Assembly: GCA_002772535.1 (NCBI GenBank)
Contig: PFDP01000011.1
Location: 2,401 to 42,400 of the forward strand
Direction: 5' to 3'
DNA: 40,000 bases
Source of the DNA: Candidatus Peregrinibacteria bacterium CG10_big_fil_rev_8_21_14_0_10_36_19
GTDB taxonomy: Bacteria; Patescibacteriota; Gracilibacteria; UBA1369; LOWO2-01-FULL-3
The translations under genes were made by a program, and so were the position numbers. The notes under the pieces were generated by a model. It searched no databases and was not told where the DNA came from. It saw only the letters and a program-made list of their open reading frames with translations. Positions 27,645 through 37,666 of this stretch are shown here, piece after piece; position 1 is the first letter of the stretch, and each line of letters starts with the position of its first letter.

Positions 27645-27675
27645 AAAAAAAGTCACCTTTTGGGGTGACTTTTTG
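27645..27675 (-). terminator. Rho-independent terminator downstream of rpsJ
   Basis: On the minus strand, GTCACC / 6-nt loop / GGTGAC is followed by a run of seven T. It is flanked by A-runs, so it has a bidirectional shape. It starts about 36 nt after the rpsJ stop. Confidence 0.6.
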
Positions 27676-27710
27676 GTGTTTGTTGGGTGTTGATCGCAAA
27701 ACTCGCTACT

Positions 27711-28031
27711 TTACTCTTGAAGCATTTTGATTTCGATTTGTACTCCGGCCGGTAGGCTTAAGTTTGAAAGAGACTCAATTGTTTTTGGAGTTGTTTCACG
27801 GATGTCGATAAGACGAACGTGTGTTCTCATTTCGAATTGTTCTCTTGATGTTTTGTGTACGAAAGTTGATTTGTTTACAGTGAATTTTTCTACTTTTGTA
27901 GGTAGGGGGATTGGTCCTGCTATGATTGCACCTGTTCTTTCAGCAGTTTCGATGATTAGTTTTGATGTTTCATCGATAACTTTGTGATCGAAAGATTTGA
28001 TTTTGATACGAATTTTTTGTTTACCAGCCAT
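27711..28031 (-). CDS. rpsJ: 30S ribosomal protein S10 (NusE)
   Basis: 106 aa with [13 protein letters not shown] and PLPTK...[23 protein letters not shown] motifs. Confidence 0.96.
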   Translation of the reverse strand: MAGKQKIRIKIKSFDHKVIDETSKLIIETAERTGAIIAGPIPLPTKVEKFTVNKSTFVHKTSREQFEMRTHVRLIDIRETTPKTIESLSNLSLPAGVQIEIKMLQE

Positions 28032-28043
28032 ATTGTTTGGATT

Positions 28044-28077
28044 AAAAAATAACCGAGATTAATTGTACAGCTCGGTT
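28044..28077 (-). promoter_or_regulatory. Terminator-like hairpin (candidate attenuator) in the rpsJ leader
   Basis: The minus-strand RNA reads AACCGAG, a 13-nt loop, CTCGGTT, then A-UUUUUU. It ends 12 nt before the rpsJ start codon. Confidence 0.45.
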
Positions 28078-28165
28078 TTATTTAAAAAACTTTTTGGAAT
28101 TTATACCGGCTGTCCCGCGGGATGCGAGTGATCTTCCAATAGCGGTAGATCAATTTTGTATGACC

Positions 28166-28194
28166 TTTATAGAGATTTTTAGTTGCTATGTCAA
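28166..28194 (-). promoter_or_regulatory. Candidate sigma70-type promoter for rpsJ
   Basis: The minus strand reads TTGACA (28194-28189), a 17-nt spacer, then TATAAA (28171-28166). This lies about 130 nt upstream of the rpsJ ATG. Confidence 0.5.
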
Positions 28195-28240
28195 TATTTC
28201 TTTGGTAGGGTTTTTTCTTAATTATTTAAACAATTTTAAA

Positions 28241-28690
28241 ATGGAAAATAATAGTGGTAATGCTGAACGTGTGCGACCTAGCGCTTCTATCTCTCATAAC
28301 TTAACTACTTTAGGTAGCATGAGGAAAGCTGTTGAAAATATTGATAGAGAAGTTTTGGTTCAGCTTGCAGATTTTTTGAATAAGCTTGTTGGATCTCCTT
28401 TAAATGGTGGAGATTGGAATATTAGTGGGTATCGTTGTGATGGAGAAGTGTTATCCATAATGCTTCCTGATCCTCTTTCTAGAGTGGCTGATGGTGGTAT
28501 GCTTGCCGCTGCCTTTGCAGCTTATCCTGAAATTCTGAGCTTTAGTTCTGAAATGGGTTTAAATGTTGTTAAAGTTCGTGTTGCTGATGTTGAAAGAGTT
28601 TTAATACCTAAAGTTGATGGTGAAGTTCAAGACATTAAAGGGTCTGTTGGTAGTGCTTTGGGGGAAGTTGGTTTTGAAGGTTTGTATTAA
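28241..28690 (+). CDS. Hypothetical acidic protein (149 aa from ATG 28241), no recognisable family
   Basis: This is the only long open frame here, which is unlikely by chance in AT-rich DNA. Its T-rich third codon positions resemble the plus-strand pyr genes. It ends 13 nt before a bidirectional terminator shared with tuf. The start codon is uncertain (the track uses TTG 28094). Confidence 0.55.
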   Translation: MENNSGNAERVRPSASISHNLTTLGSMRKAVENIDREVLVQLADFLNKLVGSPLNGGDWNISGYRCDGEVLSIMLPDPLSRVADGGMLAAAFAAYPEILSFSSEMGLNVVKVRVADVERVLIPKVDGEVQDIKGSVGSALGEVGFEGLY

Positions 28691-28702
28691 TTTTGTATAA
28701 AT

Positions 28703-28735
28703 AAAAAAGCCGAGATTTTTGATCTCGGCTTTTTT
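28703..28735. terminator. Bidirectional rho-independent terminator shared by tuf and the plus-strand orphan gene
   Basis: The sequence is A6-GCCGAGAT-ttt(g)-ATCTCGGC-T6, an 8-9 bp GC-rich stem. It sits between convergent stop codons at 28690 and 28752. Confidence 0.75.
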
Positions 28736-28751
28736 GAATTGTGTTTGTTTA

Positions 28752-29939
28752 CTATTGAAGGATCTTAGCAACAACTCCGGCACCTACTGTTCTACCACCT
28801 TCACGGATAGCGAAACGTGTACCTTCTTCTAGGGCGATTGGACATCCTAGTGTAACTGTCATTTTAACGTTATCACCAGGCATTACCATTTCTACGTCAG
28901 CTGGAAGTTCGATGTCTCCAGTTACGTCAGTAGTTCTGATGTAGAATTGAGGTTTGTAACCTTTGAAGAATGGAGTATGACGACCACCTTCATCTTTGTT
29001 TAGGATATAAACTTCACATTCAAATTTTGTATGTGGAGTAATGCTTCCTGGTTTAGCTAGAACTTGTCCACGTTCGATTTCTTCACGTTCAATACCTCTT
29101 ATAAGTAGACCAACGTTGTCACCAGCTTGTCCTTGATCAAGAAGTTTCTTGAACATTTCAACACCAGTTACTACAACTTTTCTAGTATCTTTAACACCAA
29201 CGATTTCGATTTCATCATTTACTTTGATGATACCTTGTTCGATTTTACCAGTTGCAACAGTTCCACGACCTTTGATAGAGAATACGTCCTCTACAGGCAT
29301 TAGGAAAGGTTTGTCTAGTTCACGTTGTGGATCAGGGATGTAAGAATCTAGAGCGTTTAATAGTTCAACGATTTTTTCTTCGTAAGCTGCGTCACCTTCT
29401 AGAGCTTTAAGAGCTGAACCGTGGATAACTGGAGTGTCATCACCAGGGAACTCGTATTTGTTTAGAAGTTCACGTACTTCCATTTCTGAAAGTTCAGCGA
29501 TATCTGGATCAGCCATATCCATTTTGTTCATGAATACAACGATGTAAGGTACGTTTACTTGTCTTGCAAGAAGGATATGTTCACGTGTTTGTGGCATAGG
29601 TCCGTCTGCAGCAGATACTACTAGGATGGCACCATCCATTTGAGCTGCACCAGTGATCATGTTTTTTACGTAATCGGCATGTCCTGGACAGTCAACGTGA
29701 GCGTAGTGACGTTTTTCTGTTTCGTACTCTTGGTGAGAAGTAGAGATAGTGATACCTCTAGCTCTTTCTTCAGGAGCGTTGTCGATATTTTCGAAAGCGA
29801 TTGCTTTGTTTGTACCACCGAATTTTTTAGCTGCAACTGTGGTGATAGCAGCAGTCAATGTAGTTTTACCGTGATCTACGTGACCAATAGTTCCTACATT
29901 AACGTGGACCTTACTACGGTCGAATTTTCCATCTGCCAT
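28752..29939 (-). CDS. tuf: Elongation factor Tu
   Basis: 395 aa with [18 protein letters not shown] and NKMD G-motifs. Confidence 0.98.
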   Translation of the reverse strand: MADGKFDRSKVHVNVGTIGHVDHGKTTLTAAITTVAAKKFGGTNKAIAFENIDNAPEERARGITISTSHQEYETEKRHYAHVDCPGHADYVKNMITGAAQMDGAILVVSAADGPMPQTREHILLARQVNVPYIVVFMNKMDMADPDIAELSEMEVRELLNKYEFPGDDTPVIHGSALKALEGDAAYEEKIVELLNALDSYIPDPQRELDKPFLMPVEDVFSIKGRGTVATGKIEQGIIKVNDEIEIVGVKDTRKVVVTGVEMFKKLLDQGQAGDNVGLLIRGIEREEIERGQVLAKPGSITPHTKFECEVYILNKDEGGRHTPFFKGYKPQFYIRTTDVTGDIELPADVEMVMPGDNVKMTVTLGCPIALEEGTRFAIREGGRTVGAGVVAKILQ

Positions 29940-29980
29940 GTTAATTGATTAAGATTTATAATGATTATAAGCGCGGGAAT

Positions 29981-30007
29981 ATTATATCAAATATTTGCCC
30001 CTTGCAA
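29981..30007 (-). promoter_or_regulatory. Possible secondary promoter for tuf (extended -10)
   Basis: The minus strand reads TGaTATAAT (the -10 at 29986-29981) with TTGCAA 15 nt upstream. The spacing is suboptimal. Confidence 0.3.
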
Positions 30008-30021
30008 GGTTAAATAGTTTG

Positions 30022-32112
30022 TTAAGCTGCTGTTCTTTTTGCGATGATTTCGTCTGCTACATTTTTAGGTACTGCTGAGTAATGACCGAATTCCATGCTG
30101 TAATTACCACGACCTTGTGTCATTGAACGAAGGTCTGTTGCGTAACCAAACATGGCAGCTAGTGGGATTTGAGATTTAATATATTTGATTAGACCTCTGT
30201 CTCCTGATTCTAGGATTTGTCCACGTCTTGAGTTGATATCTCCCATTACATCTCCGAAGTAATCTTCTGGAACTGTAACTTCTACATCCATGATTGGTTC
30301 AAGGATTGCTGGGTTAGCTTTTTTAACAGCATTTTGGAAACAGATTGAACCTGCAATTTTGAAGGCCATTTCAGATGAATCCACATCATGGTATGAACCG
30401 TCATATAGCTCTGCTTTTAGATCTACAAGTGGGTAACCAGCAATAACACCTTTTGTCATCGCTTCTTGGATACCTTTATCTACAGCTGGGATATACTCTC
30501 TAGGGATTTTACCTCCAGTAATTGAGTTGATGAATTCATATCCTTTGCCTGGTTCTTGTGGGCCAACTCTCAAATGAACGTGACCATATTGTCCACGACC
30601 ACCAGATTGTTTTGCGTACTTTTCTTCCATAGTTACTTCTGTAGTAATCGTTTCTCTATAAGCAACTTGTGGAGCACCAATGTTGGCTTCAACTTTAAAC
30701 TCTCTTCTCATACGATCAACGATGATATCAAGGTGAAGCTCACCCATACCAGCGATGATAGTTTGACCAGTTTCTTCGTCAGTATTTACACGGAAAGTAG
30801 GATCTTCTTGTGCAAGTTTTTGCAGCGCGAATCCCATTTTTTCTTGGTCTCCTTTTGTTTTAGGCTCAACCGCGATACGAATTACCGGTTCTGGGAATGA
30901 CATTGATTCTAGAATGATTGGGCTTTCTGGTGCACATAATGTGTTACCAGTTGTTGTGTTTTTAAGACCTACAATGGCAGCGATATCTCCGGCTTGTACT
31001 GATTTGATTTCTTCACGTGAGTTAGCGTGCATTTGTAGTAAACGTCCAACACGCTCTTTGTTTCCTGTTGATGCGTTGATGATGTAACTTCCTGACTCAA
31101 GTTTTCCTGAGTAAACACGGAAGTAACAAAGACTTCCTACGAATGGGTCAGTAGCAATTTTGAATGCTAGAGCAGAGAATGGTTGATTGTTATCTGCTTT
31201 ACGAGCGATTTGTACAGTTTCGTCGTCTGGATCTGTACCGATAATTTCTGGTACATCCATAGGACTTGGTAGGTATGCACAAACTGCATTTAACATAAGT
31301 TGTACACCCATGTTTTGTAGAGCTGTACCACACATTACTGGGTAAATTTTACTTTTAATTGTTGCGTGTCTGATTCCAGCTTTTAATTCCTCTACAGAAA
31401 TTTCTTCATCTGCTAGGAATTTTTCCATTAGGTTTTCGTCGTGTTCAGAAACTTTTTCTACAAGAATAGCTCTGTATTCTTCCATTTGTCCTTTCATATC
31501 TTCTGGTACTGGGATTTCTACAACTTTTTCTCCAGCTGGTCCTTCAAATGTGAAAGCTTTTCTTTCCACTAGATCAACCACACCTGAAAATTCTCTTTCT
31601 GCACCGATAGGTAGTTGAATTGCTACAGCGTCTGGAGTTAGTCTTGTATGGATAGATTTTAGTGACATGTAGAAGTCTGCACCCATTTTGTCCATTTTAT
31701 TTACAAATGCACAACGAGGTACGTCGTATTTATCTGCTTGTCTCCAAACTGTTTCTGATTGTGGTTCTACACCCATCGCTCCGTCGAAGATTGCAACACC
31801 TCCATCTAGTACACGAAGTGAACGCTCTACTTCAACAGTAAAGTCTACGTGTCCTGGAGTATCGATGATGTTGATTCTGTGATTAACACCTTTTGGATCT
31901 GTCCAGCTACATGTTGTTGCGGCTGATGTGATTGTGATACCTCTTTCCTTTTCTTGTTCCATCCAGTCCATTTGTGATTCACCTGAGTGAGTTTCACCAA
32001 TTTTGTGAGTGATACCTGTATAAAAAAGAATACGCTCTGTTACTGTTGTCTTACCCGCATCGATGTGAGCGATGATACCGATATTACGCAGGAGGTTTAA
32101 ATCTTCAGCCAT
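30022..32112 (-). CDS. fusA: Elongation factor G
   Basis: 696 aa with [17 protein letters not shown] and NKMD motifs, and EF-G domains IV-V. Confidence 0.98.
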   Translation of the reverse strand: MAEDLNLLRNIGIIAHIDAGKTTVTERILFYTGITHKIGETHSGESQMDWMEQEKERGITITSAATTCSWTDPKGVNHRINIIDTPGHVDFTVEVERSLRVLDGGVAIFDGAMGVEPQSETVWRQADKYDVPRCAFVNKMDKMGADFYMSLKSIHTRLTPDAVAIQLPIGAEREFSGVVDLVERKAFTFEGPAGEKVVEIPVPEDMKGQMEEYRAILVEKVSEHDENLMEKFLADEEISVEELKAGIRHATIKSKIYPVMCGTALQNMGVQLMLNAVCAYLPSPMDVPEIIGTDPDDETVQIARKADNNQPFSALAFKIATDPFVGSLCYFRVYSGKLESGSYIINASTGNKERVGRLLQMHANSREEIKSVQAGDIAAIVGLKNTTTGNTLCAPESPIILESMSFPEPVIRIAVEPKTKGDQEKMGFALQKLAQEDPTFRVNTDEETGQTIIAGMGELHLDIIVDRMRREFKVEANIGAPQVAYRETITTEVTMEEKYAKQSGGRGQYGHVHLRVGPQEPGKGYEFINSITGGKIPREYIPAVDKGIQEAMTKGVIAGYPLVDLKAELYDGSYHDVDSSEMAFKIAGSICFQNAVKKANPAILEPIMDVEVTVPEDYFGDVMGDINSRRGQILESGDRGLIKYIKSQIPLAAMFGYATDLRSMTQGRGNYSMEFGHYSAVPKNVADEIIAKRTAA

Positions 32113-32167
32113 TTGTTATTTATTAATTGGATATAAAACAAGTCGTCCTTGATTAGACGCCGCCAGT

Positions 32168-32195
32168 ATTATAGGGAGGGGAGGGTAAAAGTCAA
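32168..32195 (-). promoter_or_regulatory. Candidate sigma70-type promoter for fusA-tuf
   Basis: The minus strand reads TTGACT (32195-32190), a 16-nt C-rich spacer (tttaccctcccctccc), then TATAAT (32173-32168). It lies immediately after the rpsG terminator. Confidence 0.55.
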
Positions 32196-32202
32196 GGTGA
32201 TC

Positions 32203-32226
32203 AAAAAAGCCCGCCTTAGGCGGGCT
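32203..32226 (-). terminator. Rho-independent terminator downstream of rpsG
   Basis: The minus-strand RNA reads AGCCCGCC-UAA-GGCGGGCU followed by UUUUU. The 8-bp stem is almost all GC. It lies about 20 nt after the rpsG stop. Confidence 0.7.
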
Positions 32227-32245
32227 GACTTTTTTCTTAATGCTT

Positions 32246-32707
32246 TTAGTATCTTGCTAAATGGGCAAATGCTCTGTTGGCTTGTGCCATTCTGTGAGTG
32301 TCTTCTTTTTTCTTGATTGCGTTTCCTTGTTCGTTTGCAGCGTCTATAAGTTCGTTAGCAAGTTTTTGAGACATGTTTGAACCTTTTTTAGAACGAGCCG
32401 CGTCTAGTATCCAACGGAAAGCTAAAGCGTTTTGTCTTTTTGGTTTTACTTCCATTGGAATTTGGTAAACAGCTCCACCAATTCTTTTAGCTTTTACTTC
32501 AACTGAAGGTTTAACATTTTCTAGAGCAGTTTTGAAAACGTTTTCTGGATCACCAGATGTTTTTTTACTGATAGTTTTTAGACATTCATTGAAGATTCTA
32601 CGAGCTGTGGATTTTTTTCCATGCAGCATGATGTAGTTGATAAACTTCTCCTGTACAGGTGAAGAGTTTTCAGGAATGTGCTGTGCGTATTGGTTTTGCG
32701 TTGTCAT
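32246..32707 (-). CDS. rpsG: 30S ribosomal protein S7
   Basis: 153 aa with KFINYIMLHGKKSTA and VKPSVEVKAKRIGGAVYQIP motifs. Confidence 0.96.
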   Translation of the reverse strand: MTTQNQYAQHIPENSSPVQEKFINYIMLHGKKSTARRIFNECLKTISKKTSGDPENVFKTALENVKPSVEVKAKRIGGAVYQIPMEVKPKRQNALAFRWILDAARSKKGSNMSQKLANELIDAANEQGNAIKKKEDTHRMAQANRAFAHLARY

Positions 32708-32712
32708 ATTGT

Positions 32713-33129
32713 TTAAGCTTTTTTAGGTTTTTTAGCTCCGTATTTAGAACGAGCTTGCATTCTCTTTTGTACGCCTTGCGTATCTAGAGTTCCACGAACG
32801 ATGTGGTAACGTACACCCGGAAGATCTTTTACTCTTCCTCCACGGATAGTTACAACTGAGTGTTCTTGTAGGTTATGACCTTCTCCTCCGATATAAGCGT
32901 TAACTTCAGTACCGTTTGTTAGTCTTACTCTCGCAACTTTACGAAGCGCTGAGTTAGGCTTTTTAGGAGTCATAGTTTTAACCTGTGTACAAACACCACG
33001 TTTTTGTGGGCAGTTAAGTCCTACGGCTTTATTCTGTAGATGGTTGAAAGTGAATTGAAGTGCAGGAGATTTGCTCTTCTTTACAGCTTTCGTCCTTCCT
33101 TTTCTAATTAGTTGATTTACTGTTGGCAT
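32713..33129 (-). CDS. rpsL: 30S ribosomal protein S12
   Basis: 138 aa with [28 protein letters not shown] and VRYHIVRG motifs. Confidence 0.97.
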   Translation of the reverse strand: MPTVNQLIRKGRTKAVKKSKSPALQFTFNHLQNKAVGLNCPQKRGVCTQVKTMTPKKPNSALRKVARVRLTNGTEVNAYIGGEGHNLQEHSVVTIRGGRVKDLPGVRYHIVRGTLDTQGVQKRMQARSKYGAKKPKKA

Positions 33130-33175
33130 AGTGCGGCTAATTTATAGCAAGTTTTTATTGAAATCAAGTGAAAAT

Positions 33176-36100
33176 TTATATAATAGGTAATTCCTTCACT
33201 TTTTCTACAGCTGCTTCAGCAACTTCTACTCTTTCTACAGAGTCTTGAGTCCCTTCTACATCATGTATTTTTCTGAATGTTTCACCGGCAGGAATTAGTT
33301 TTCCGATGATAACGTTTTCTTTAAGACCAATTAAGTTATCCATCTTATTTGTAGTTGATGCTTCAACCAACACACGGATTGTTTCTTGGAATGATGCAGC
33401 TGAAAGCCAGCTATCTGTGTGTAGGGCTACTCTTGTAAGACCAAGTAGTAATCTTTCACCTTTGGCATGTTTTTTAACTGCTGAATTTGCTTTGTTGAAT
33501 CTGATGATGTCGCTAATTTCTCCTGGTAGGAAGTCTGTATCACCACTTTCAACGATTCTTATCTTAGAAAGCATTTGTCTTGCAACGATTTCAATATGTT
33601 TATCGTTGATACTTTGACCTTGAGAAGCATAGATGCTTTGTACCTCAGTAACGATGTATTTTTGTACAGTGTATGTGTTTGTAAGGTGCATCAATTGTTT
33701 TAGATCTAAGTGGCCGTTTGTTAGAGGTTGCCCTTTAGATACGGCTTGTTTATCTTTGATCTTAACAGTTCTTCCCATTGGGATGCGGTATTCTTTAGTT
33801 ACTGCACCGTCTGTGTGGATAGTAATAGTTTCTTCTGTAACTTCTTTTACGATTCCGTCTTCTAATGCTTTAATTGTTCCTTTTTGGTCTTCTGACTTAG
33901 CAATTACCATTTTAGCTCTTACTTTGTCATTTACTTTTACTGTTGGAACCATATCTGCAAGGATTGTGTAAACACTTTCTACAGGTTCGTTTGAAGTTAC
34001 ATGGATTTCTACTTGTTTGCCTTTTTGTTTGATGCGAGCGATACCGTCTACTTCTGAAAGAGTTGCTGGACTTTTTGGTGTACGAGCTTCAAATAACTCT
34101 TCTACACGCGTTAGACCTTGTGTGATGTCTGAACCTTCGGCAACACCTCCCATGTGGAAAGTACGCATTGTTAGCTGTGTACCTGGCTCACCGATACTTT
34201 GAGCGGCAATAATACCAACTGCTGTACCGATTTGTACTTCTTTGTTTGTACCAAGATCTTTACCGTAACATTTGATACAAATTCCTCCTTCTGTAAGACA
34301 AGTTAGTACTGAGCTTACACTTACTTCGCTAACATCATTTTCAAGAATTGCTTCGATTGTCTCTTTTTCAATAATTTCTCCACTCTTAGCGATTGTTTTG
34401 CCATTTGCTTTGATATCTTCTCCAAGTGTACGTCCGTAAATTCTTGTTTCAAATTTTTCACCAATGATTTCAGACTCTTCAAGAGTGATTTTGTGGAATT
34501 CTTTTGATCCACAATCTACTTCGCGGATTACTGTGTCTTGGTTTGAATCTACAAGACGACGAGTTAAGTATCCGGCTTCAGCAGTTTTTAGGGCTGTATC
34601 TGATTTACCTTTACGTCCTCCATGAGTAGCAATGAAGTATTCCAAGATAGTAAATCCTTCTTTAAGGTTAGATTTAATTGGAAGTTCGATTGTTTTACCA
34701 GCTGGATTAGCTACTAGACCTTTGATACCGCATAGCTGAGTAATTTGTCCCCAGTTACCACGGGCACCTGAGTCGATCATGTAGTAGATATTGTTGTTGT
34801 GATCTACTGATTCGATCATTTTTGTTGTAATCTCAGATTTAGTTTTAGACCAGATCTTAATTGTATGGTTGTATCTTTCATCATCAGTGATTAAACCTTT
34901 CCAGAATTGGTTGTTGATTTGTTTTACAACTTCAGAGGCGTCATCAATAATCTTTGTTTTGATTGCAGGAACCTTCATGTCTTCTTGAGCAATACTGATT
35001 CCTGATTTTGTTGCAAATTTGAATCCGATATCTTTTAGGTTGTCAGCTAGTATACTTGTGGCTTTTTCACTTACGTTTTCGTAACATTCTGTAACGATGT
35101 TGCTTAATTGTTTTTTGCCAATACTTTCGTTGTAGTATGGTAGACCTTCTGGAAGGAAACTGTTGAAGATTAAACGTCCAACTGTTGTTTCTAGAATTTC
35201 ACCGTTTGTCCATCTAGCTTTTACAGGTGCTTGAAGATGTACATGGCCTGCTTGGTAAGCAAATACTGCTTCTTCTACGTCTGCAAATGCCATACCTTCT
35301 CCTTTTTCGCCTTCTGTCATTTTTGTTAGATAGTAGCATCCAAGTACCATGTCTTGTGTAGGTGTAACGATAGGTTCTCCGGCTGATGGTTTAAGTAAGT
35401 TTTTAGCAGAAACCATAAGGTTTTTAGCTTCGTGTTGAGCTGAAGCTGATAGGGGAACGTGGATCGCCATTTGGTCACCATCGAAGTCGGCATTGAAGGC
35501 CGCACAAACTAGTGGATGAACTTGGATAGCTTTACCTTCGATTAGGATAGGTTGGAAAGCTTGGATACCAAGTCTGTGTAGAGTAGGAGCACGGTTTAGA
35601 AGTACGTAGTGATCTTTTGTAACGTCTTCTAGAATGTCCCAAACTTCACGCTTATTGCTTAAGATTAGTTTTTCTGCATTTTTAATATTGTGGGCATATC
35701 CATCTCTAATTAAACGACCAATGATAAATGGTTTGAATAGCTCAAGTGCCATAATTTTTGGCACACCACATTGATGTAATTTTAGTTTTGGACCAATGAT
35801 AATTACTGAACGACCTGAGTAATCCACACGTTTACCAAGTAAGTTTTGTCTGAAACGACCTTGCTTACCTTTAAGCATGTCTGATAGTGAGCGTAGTTTT
35901 CTCTTGTCTCCTGAGCTGAATACAGTTTTACCTGCACGAGCTGAGTTGTTTAGAAGTGTATCTACAGCTTCTTGAAGCATTCTCTTTTCATTTCTACAGA
36001 TTACTTCAGGTGCACCGATAGACATAAGTCTCTTTAGACGATTGTTTCTGTTGATAACACGTCTGTATAGATCGTTTAAGTCTGATGCTGCGAAACGACC

Positions 36101-37081
36101 ACCGTCTAGTTGTACCATTGGACGTAGGTCTGGTGGGATAACTGGTAGTGTTGTCATGATGAACCATTCTGGCTTGATGCCTGATTTAAGCAAGCTTCCA
36201 GCTAGTTTGATTCTCTTGATGATTTTCTTTTTCTTTTGACCCGCGCTTCTCTTTGATTCTTTTTTAAGTTCTTTGATTAATTCTTCGAAGTTAATGTTGC
36301 CGATGATTTCACGGATAGTTTCCGCTCCTGTTCCGGCTTTGAAGATGTGACCAAACTTCATTGCAATCTTTCTGTACTCGATTTCGCTAAATACAGCACC
36401 AACTTGTAATTTTTCTAGGTGGTCTTTTGTTTCTGAATTTTGGAAATCTAGTTCTTCAATTTTGCGTGTGAACTCTGTTTCAAGTTCTTGCATTGCTTTC
36501 TTGTTTAGCTTTTTGTCTTCGATTTTTTCTACTTCTAGAGATTGAACTTTGAATTCTTGTTGAATGTCTTTTTTGTGACTAGCGTATTCTGTTTGAAGCT
36601 GGCTCAAAGCTTCTTTAACGCCTTCTTGGTCAACTTCTGAAACAACATAAGCTGCAAAGTATACAACTTGTTCTAGGGTTTTGATTGGAAGATCAAGAAG
36701 TAGTCCAAGACGACTTGGTGTTGATCTTAAAAACCAAATGTGTGTTACAGGTACTGCAAGTTTGATGTGTGCCATACGTTCACGACGCACAGATGAGTGA
36801 GTAACTTCTACTCCACATTTTTCACAGATTACTCCTTTGTAACGTACTCTTTTGTATTTACCACAGTAACATTCGTAGTTTTTAGTTGGTCCGAAAATCT
36901 TTTCACAGAAAAGACCGTCTCTTTCCGGTTTTTGTGTACGATAGTTAATCGTTTCCGGTTTTTTTACTTCACCATGAGACCAAGCCATGATCTCTTCTGG
37001 TGAAGCTACAGATAGAGAGATCGCATCGAAGCGACTTCTCGGCTGTTGCTGATTTTTAGTTTGATTATCTTGATGAGCCAT
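33176..37081 (-). CDS. rpoC: DNA-directed RNA polymerase beta' subunit
   Basis: 1301 aa with the zinc motif CYCGKYK...CEKCGVEV, the catalytic NADFDGDQM motif, and bridge-helix and trigger-loop regions. Compared with my recalled E. coli beta' sequence, it has a coiled-coil-like insertion of about 65 aa between the zinc site and KPEWFIM. Confidence 0.98.
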   Translation of the reverse strand: MAHQDNQTKNQQQPRSRFDAISLSVASPEEIMAWSHGEVKKPETINYRTQKPERDGLFCEKIFGPTKNYECYCGKYKRVRYKGVICEKCGVEVTHSSVRRERMAHIKLAVPVTHIWFLRSTPSRLGLLLDLPIKTLEQVVYFAAYVVSEVDQEGVKEALSQLQTEYASHKKDIQQEFKVQSLEVEKIEDKKLNKKAMQELETEFTRKIEELDFQNSETKDHLEKLQVGAVFSEIEYRKIAMKFGHIFKAGTGAETIREIIGNINFEELIKELKKESKRSAGQKKKKIIKRIKLAGSLLKSGIKPEWFIMTTLPVIPPDLRPMVQLDGGRFAASDLNDLYRRVINRNNRLKRLMSIGAPEVICRNEKRMLQEAVDTLLNNSARAGKTVFSSGDKRKLRSLSDMLKGKQGRFRQNLLGKRVDYSGRSVIIIGPKLKLHQCGVPKIMALELFKPFIIGRLIRDGYAHNIKNAEKLILSNKREVWDILEDVTKDHYVLLNRAPTLHRLGIQAFQPILIEGKAIQVHPLVCAAFNADFDGDQMAIHVPLSASAQHEAKNLMVSAKNLLKPSAGEPIVTPTQDMVLGCYYLTKMTEGEKGEGMAFADVEEAVFAYQAGHVHLQAPVKARWTNGEILETTVGRLIFNSFLPEGLPYYNESIGKKQLSNIVTECYENVSEKATSILADNLKDIGFKFATKSGISIAQEDMKVPAIKTKIIDDASEVVKQINNQFWKGLITDDERYNHTIKIWSKTKSEITTKMIESVDHNNNIYYMIDSGARGNWGQITQLCGIKGLVANPAGKTIELPIKSNLKEGFTILEYFIATHGGRKGKSDTALKTAEAGYLTRRLVDSNQDTVIREVDCGSKEFHKITLEESEIIGEKFETRIYGRTLGEDIKANGKTIAKSGEIIEKETIEAILENDVSEVSVSSVLTCLTEGGICIKCYGKDLGTNKEVQIGTAVGIIAAQSIGEPGTQLTMRTFHMGGVAEGSDITQGLTRVEELFEARTPKSPATLSEVDGIARIKQKGKQVEIHVTSNEPVESVYTILADMVPTVKVNDKVRAKMVIAKSEDQKGTIKALEDGIVKEVTEETITIHTDGAVTKEYRIPMGRTVKIKDKQAVSKGQPLTNGHLDLKQLMHLTNTYTVQKYIVTEVQSIYASQGQSINDKHIEIVARQMLSKIRIVESGDTDFLPGEISDIIRFNKANSAVKKHAKGERLLLGLTRVALHTDSWLSAASFQETIRVLVEASTTNKMDNLIGLKENVIIGKLIPAGETFRKIHDVEGTQDSVERVEVAEAAVEKVKELPII

Positions 37082-37118
37082 AAGATAGTTTTTAGTTGGT
37101 AGGGGAGAAATAAAATTT

Positions 37119-37616
37119 TTACAAACCTAGATCTCTATCAATTGAGTTGTGGTTTGAATCTGATGGTGCAGAGTAATCGTCCATTACTGCATCTAAATCC
37201 ATGTCATCAACTGGAGGAAGGTCTAAATTTTCTCCTACTGCTGCACTTACAGCCATGTCGATGCTTGAATCTTCATTTTTAGATCCACGTTTTTCTAAGA
37301 TGATCATATCTTGAACAACGATTTCTGTTTTGAATTTTTTAATTCCTTCTGGACTGTCCCAGCTTCTTGTTTTTAGGTAACCTTCAACGTATACAAGGTT
37401 TCCTTTTTTAAGATATTCTGAACAGATTTCTGCAAGTCTTGCCCATGCTACACATTCGTGAAATTCTGCTGATGATTTTCCATCTCCTTCTTTTGTTGTC
37501 CATTGACGGTTTGTAGCGATTCCAAATGTTGTTACGCTTTGACCGTTTGGTGTTTGGCGTAGTTCTGGATCACGAGTTAGGTTACCGATTAGGATTACTT
37601 TGTTTACACTTCTCAT
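37119..37616 (-). CDS. ssb: Single-stranded DNA-binding protein
   Basis: 165 aa. The OB fold [31 protein letters not shown]......[32 protein letters not shown] is typical of bacterial SSB. It has an acidic disordered tail that ends IDRDLGL rather than the canonical DDDIPF. Confidence 0.92.
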   Translation of the reverse strand: MRSVNKVILIGNLTRDPELRQTPNGQSVTTFGIATNRQWTTKEGDGKSSAEFHECVAWARLAEICSEYLKKGNLVYVEGYLKTRSWDSPEGIKKFKTEIVVQDMIILEKRGSKNEDSSIDMAVSAAVGENLDLPPVDDMDLDAVMDDYSAPSDSNHNSIDRDLGL

Positions 37617-37666
37617 ATTTTTACGATTAATGATTTAATAAATTAATATTTGATATAGATTTGTTA

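Noticed and set aside
28094-28240. TTG-initiated 49-codon N-terminal extension of the orphan plus-strand ORF.
   Set aside because: The extension overlaps the predicted rpsJ promoter and leader and translates to an implausible hydrophobic, Cys-rich peptide. The ATG at 28241 is preferred, but the true start is unresolved.
32174-32185. GGGAGGGGAGGG tract as a G-quadruplex or a plus-strand ribosome-binding site.
   Set aside because: It has only three G-runs and no plus-strand ORF follows. It coincides with the spacer of the predicted fusA promoter, so I report it there instead.
33141-33167. Possible rpsL promoter (TTGATT-15-TGcTATAAA) in the rpoC-rpsL gap.
   Set aside because: The 15-nt spacer is suboptimal and the implied transcription start would be only about 5 nt from the ATG. 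A/T-rich sequence yields such matches by chance, so it cannot be supported without 5'-end data.
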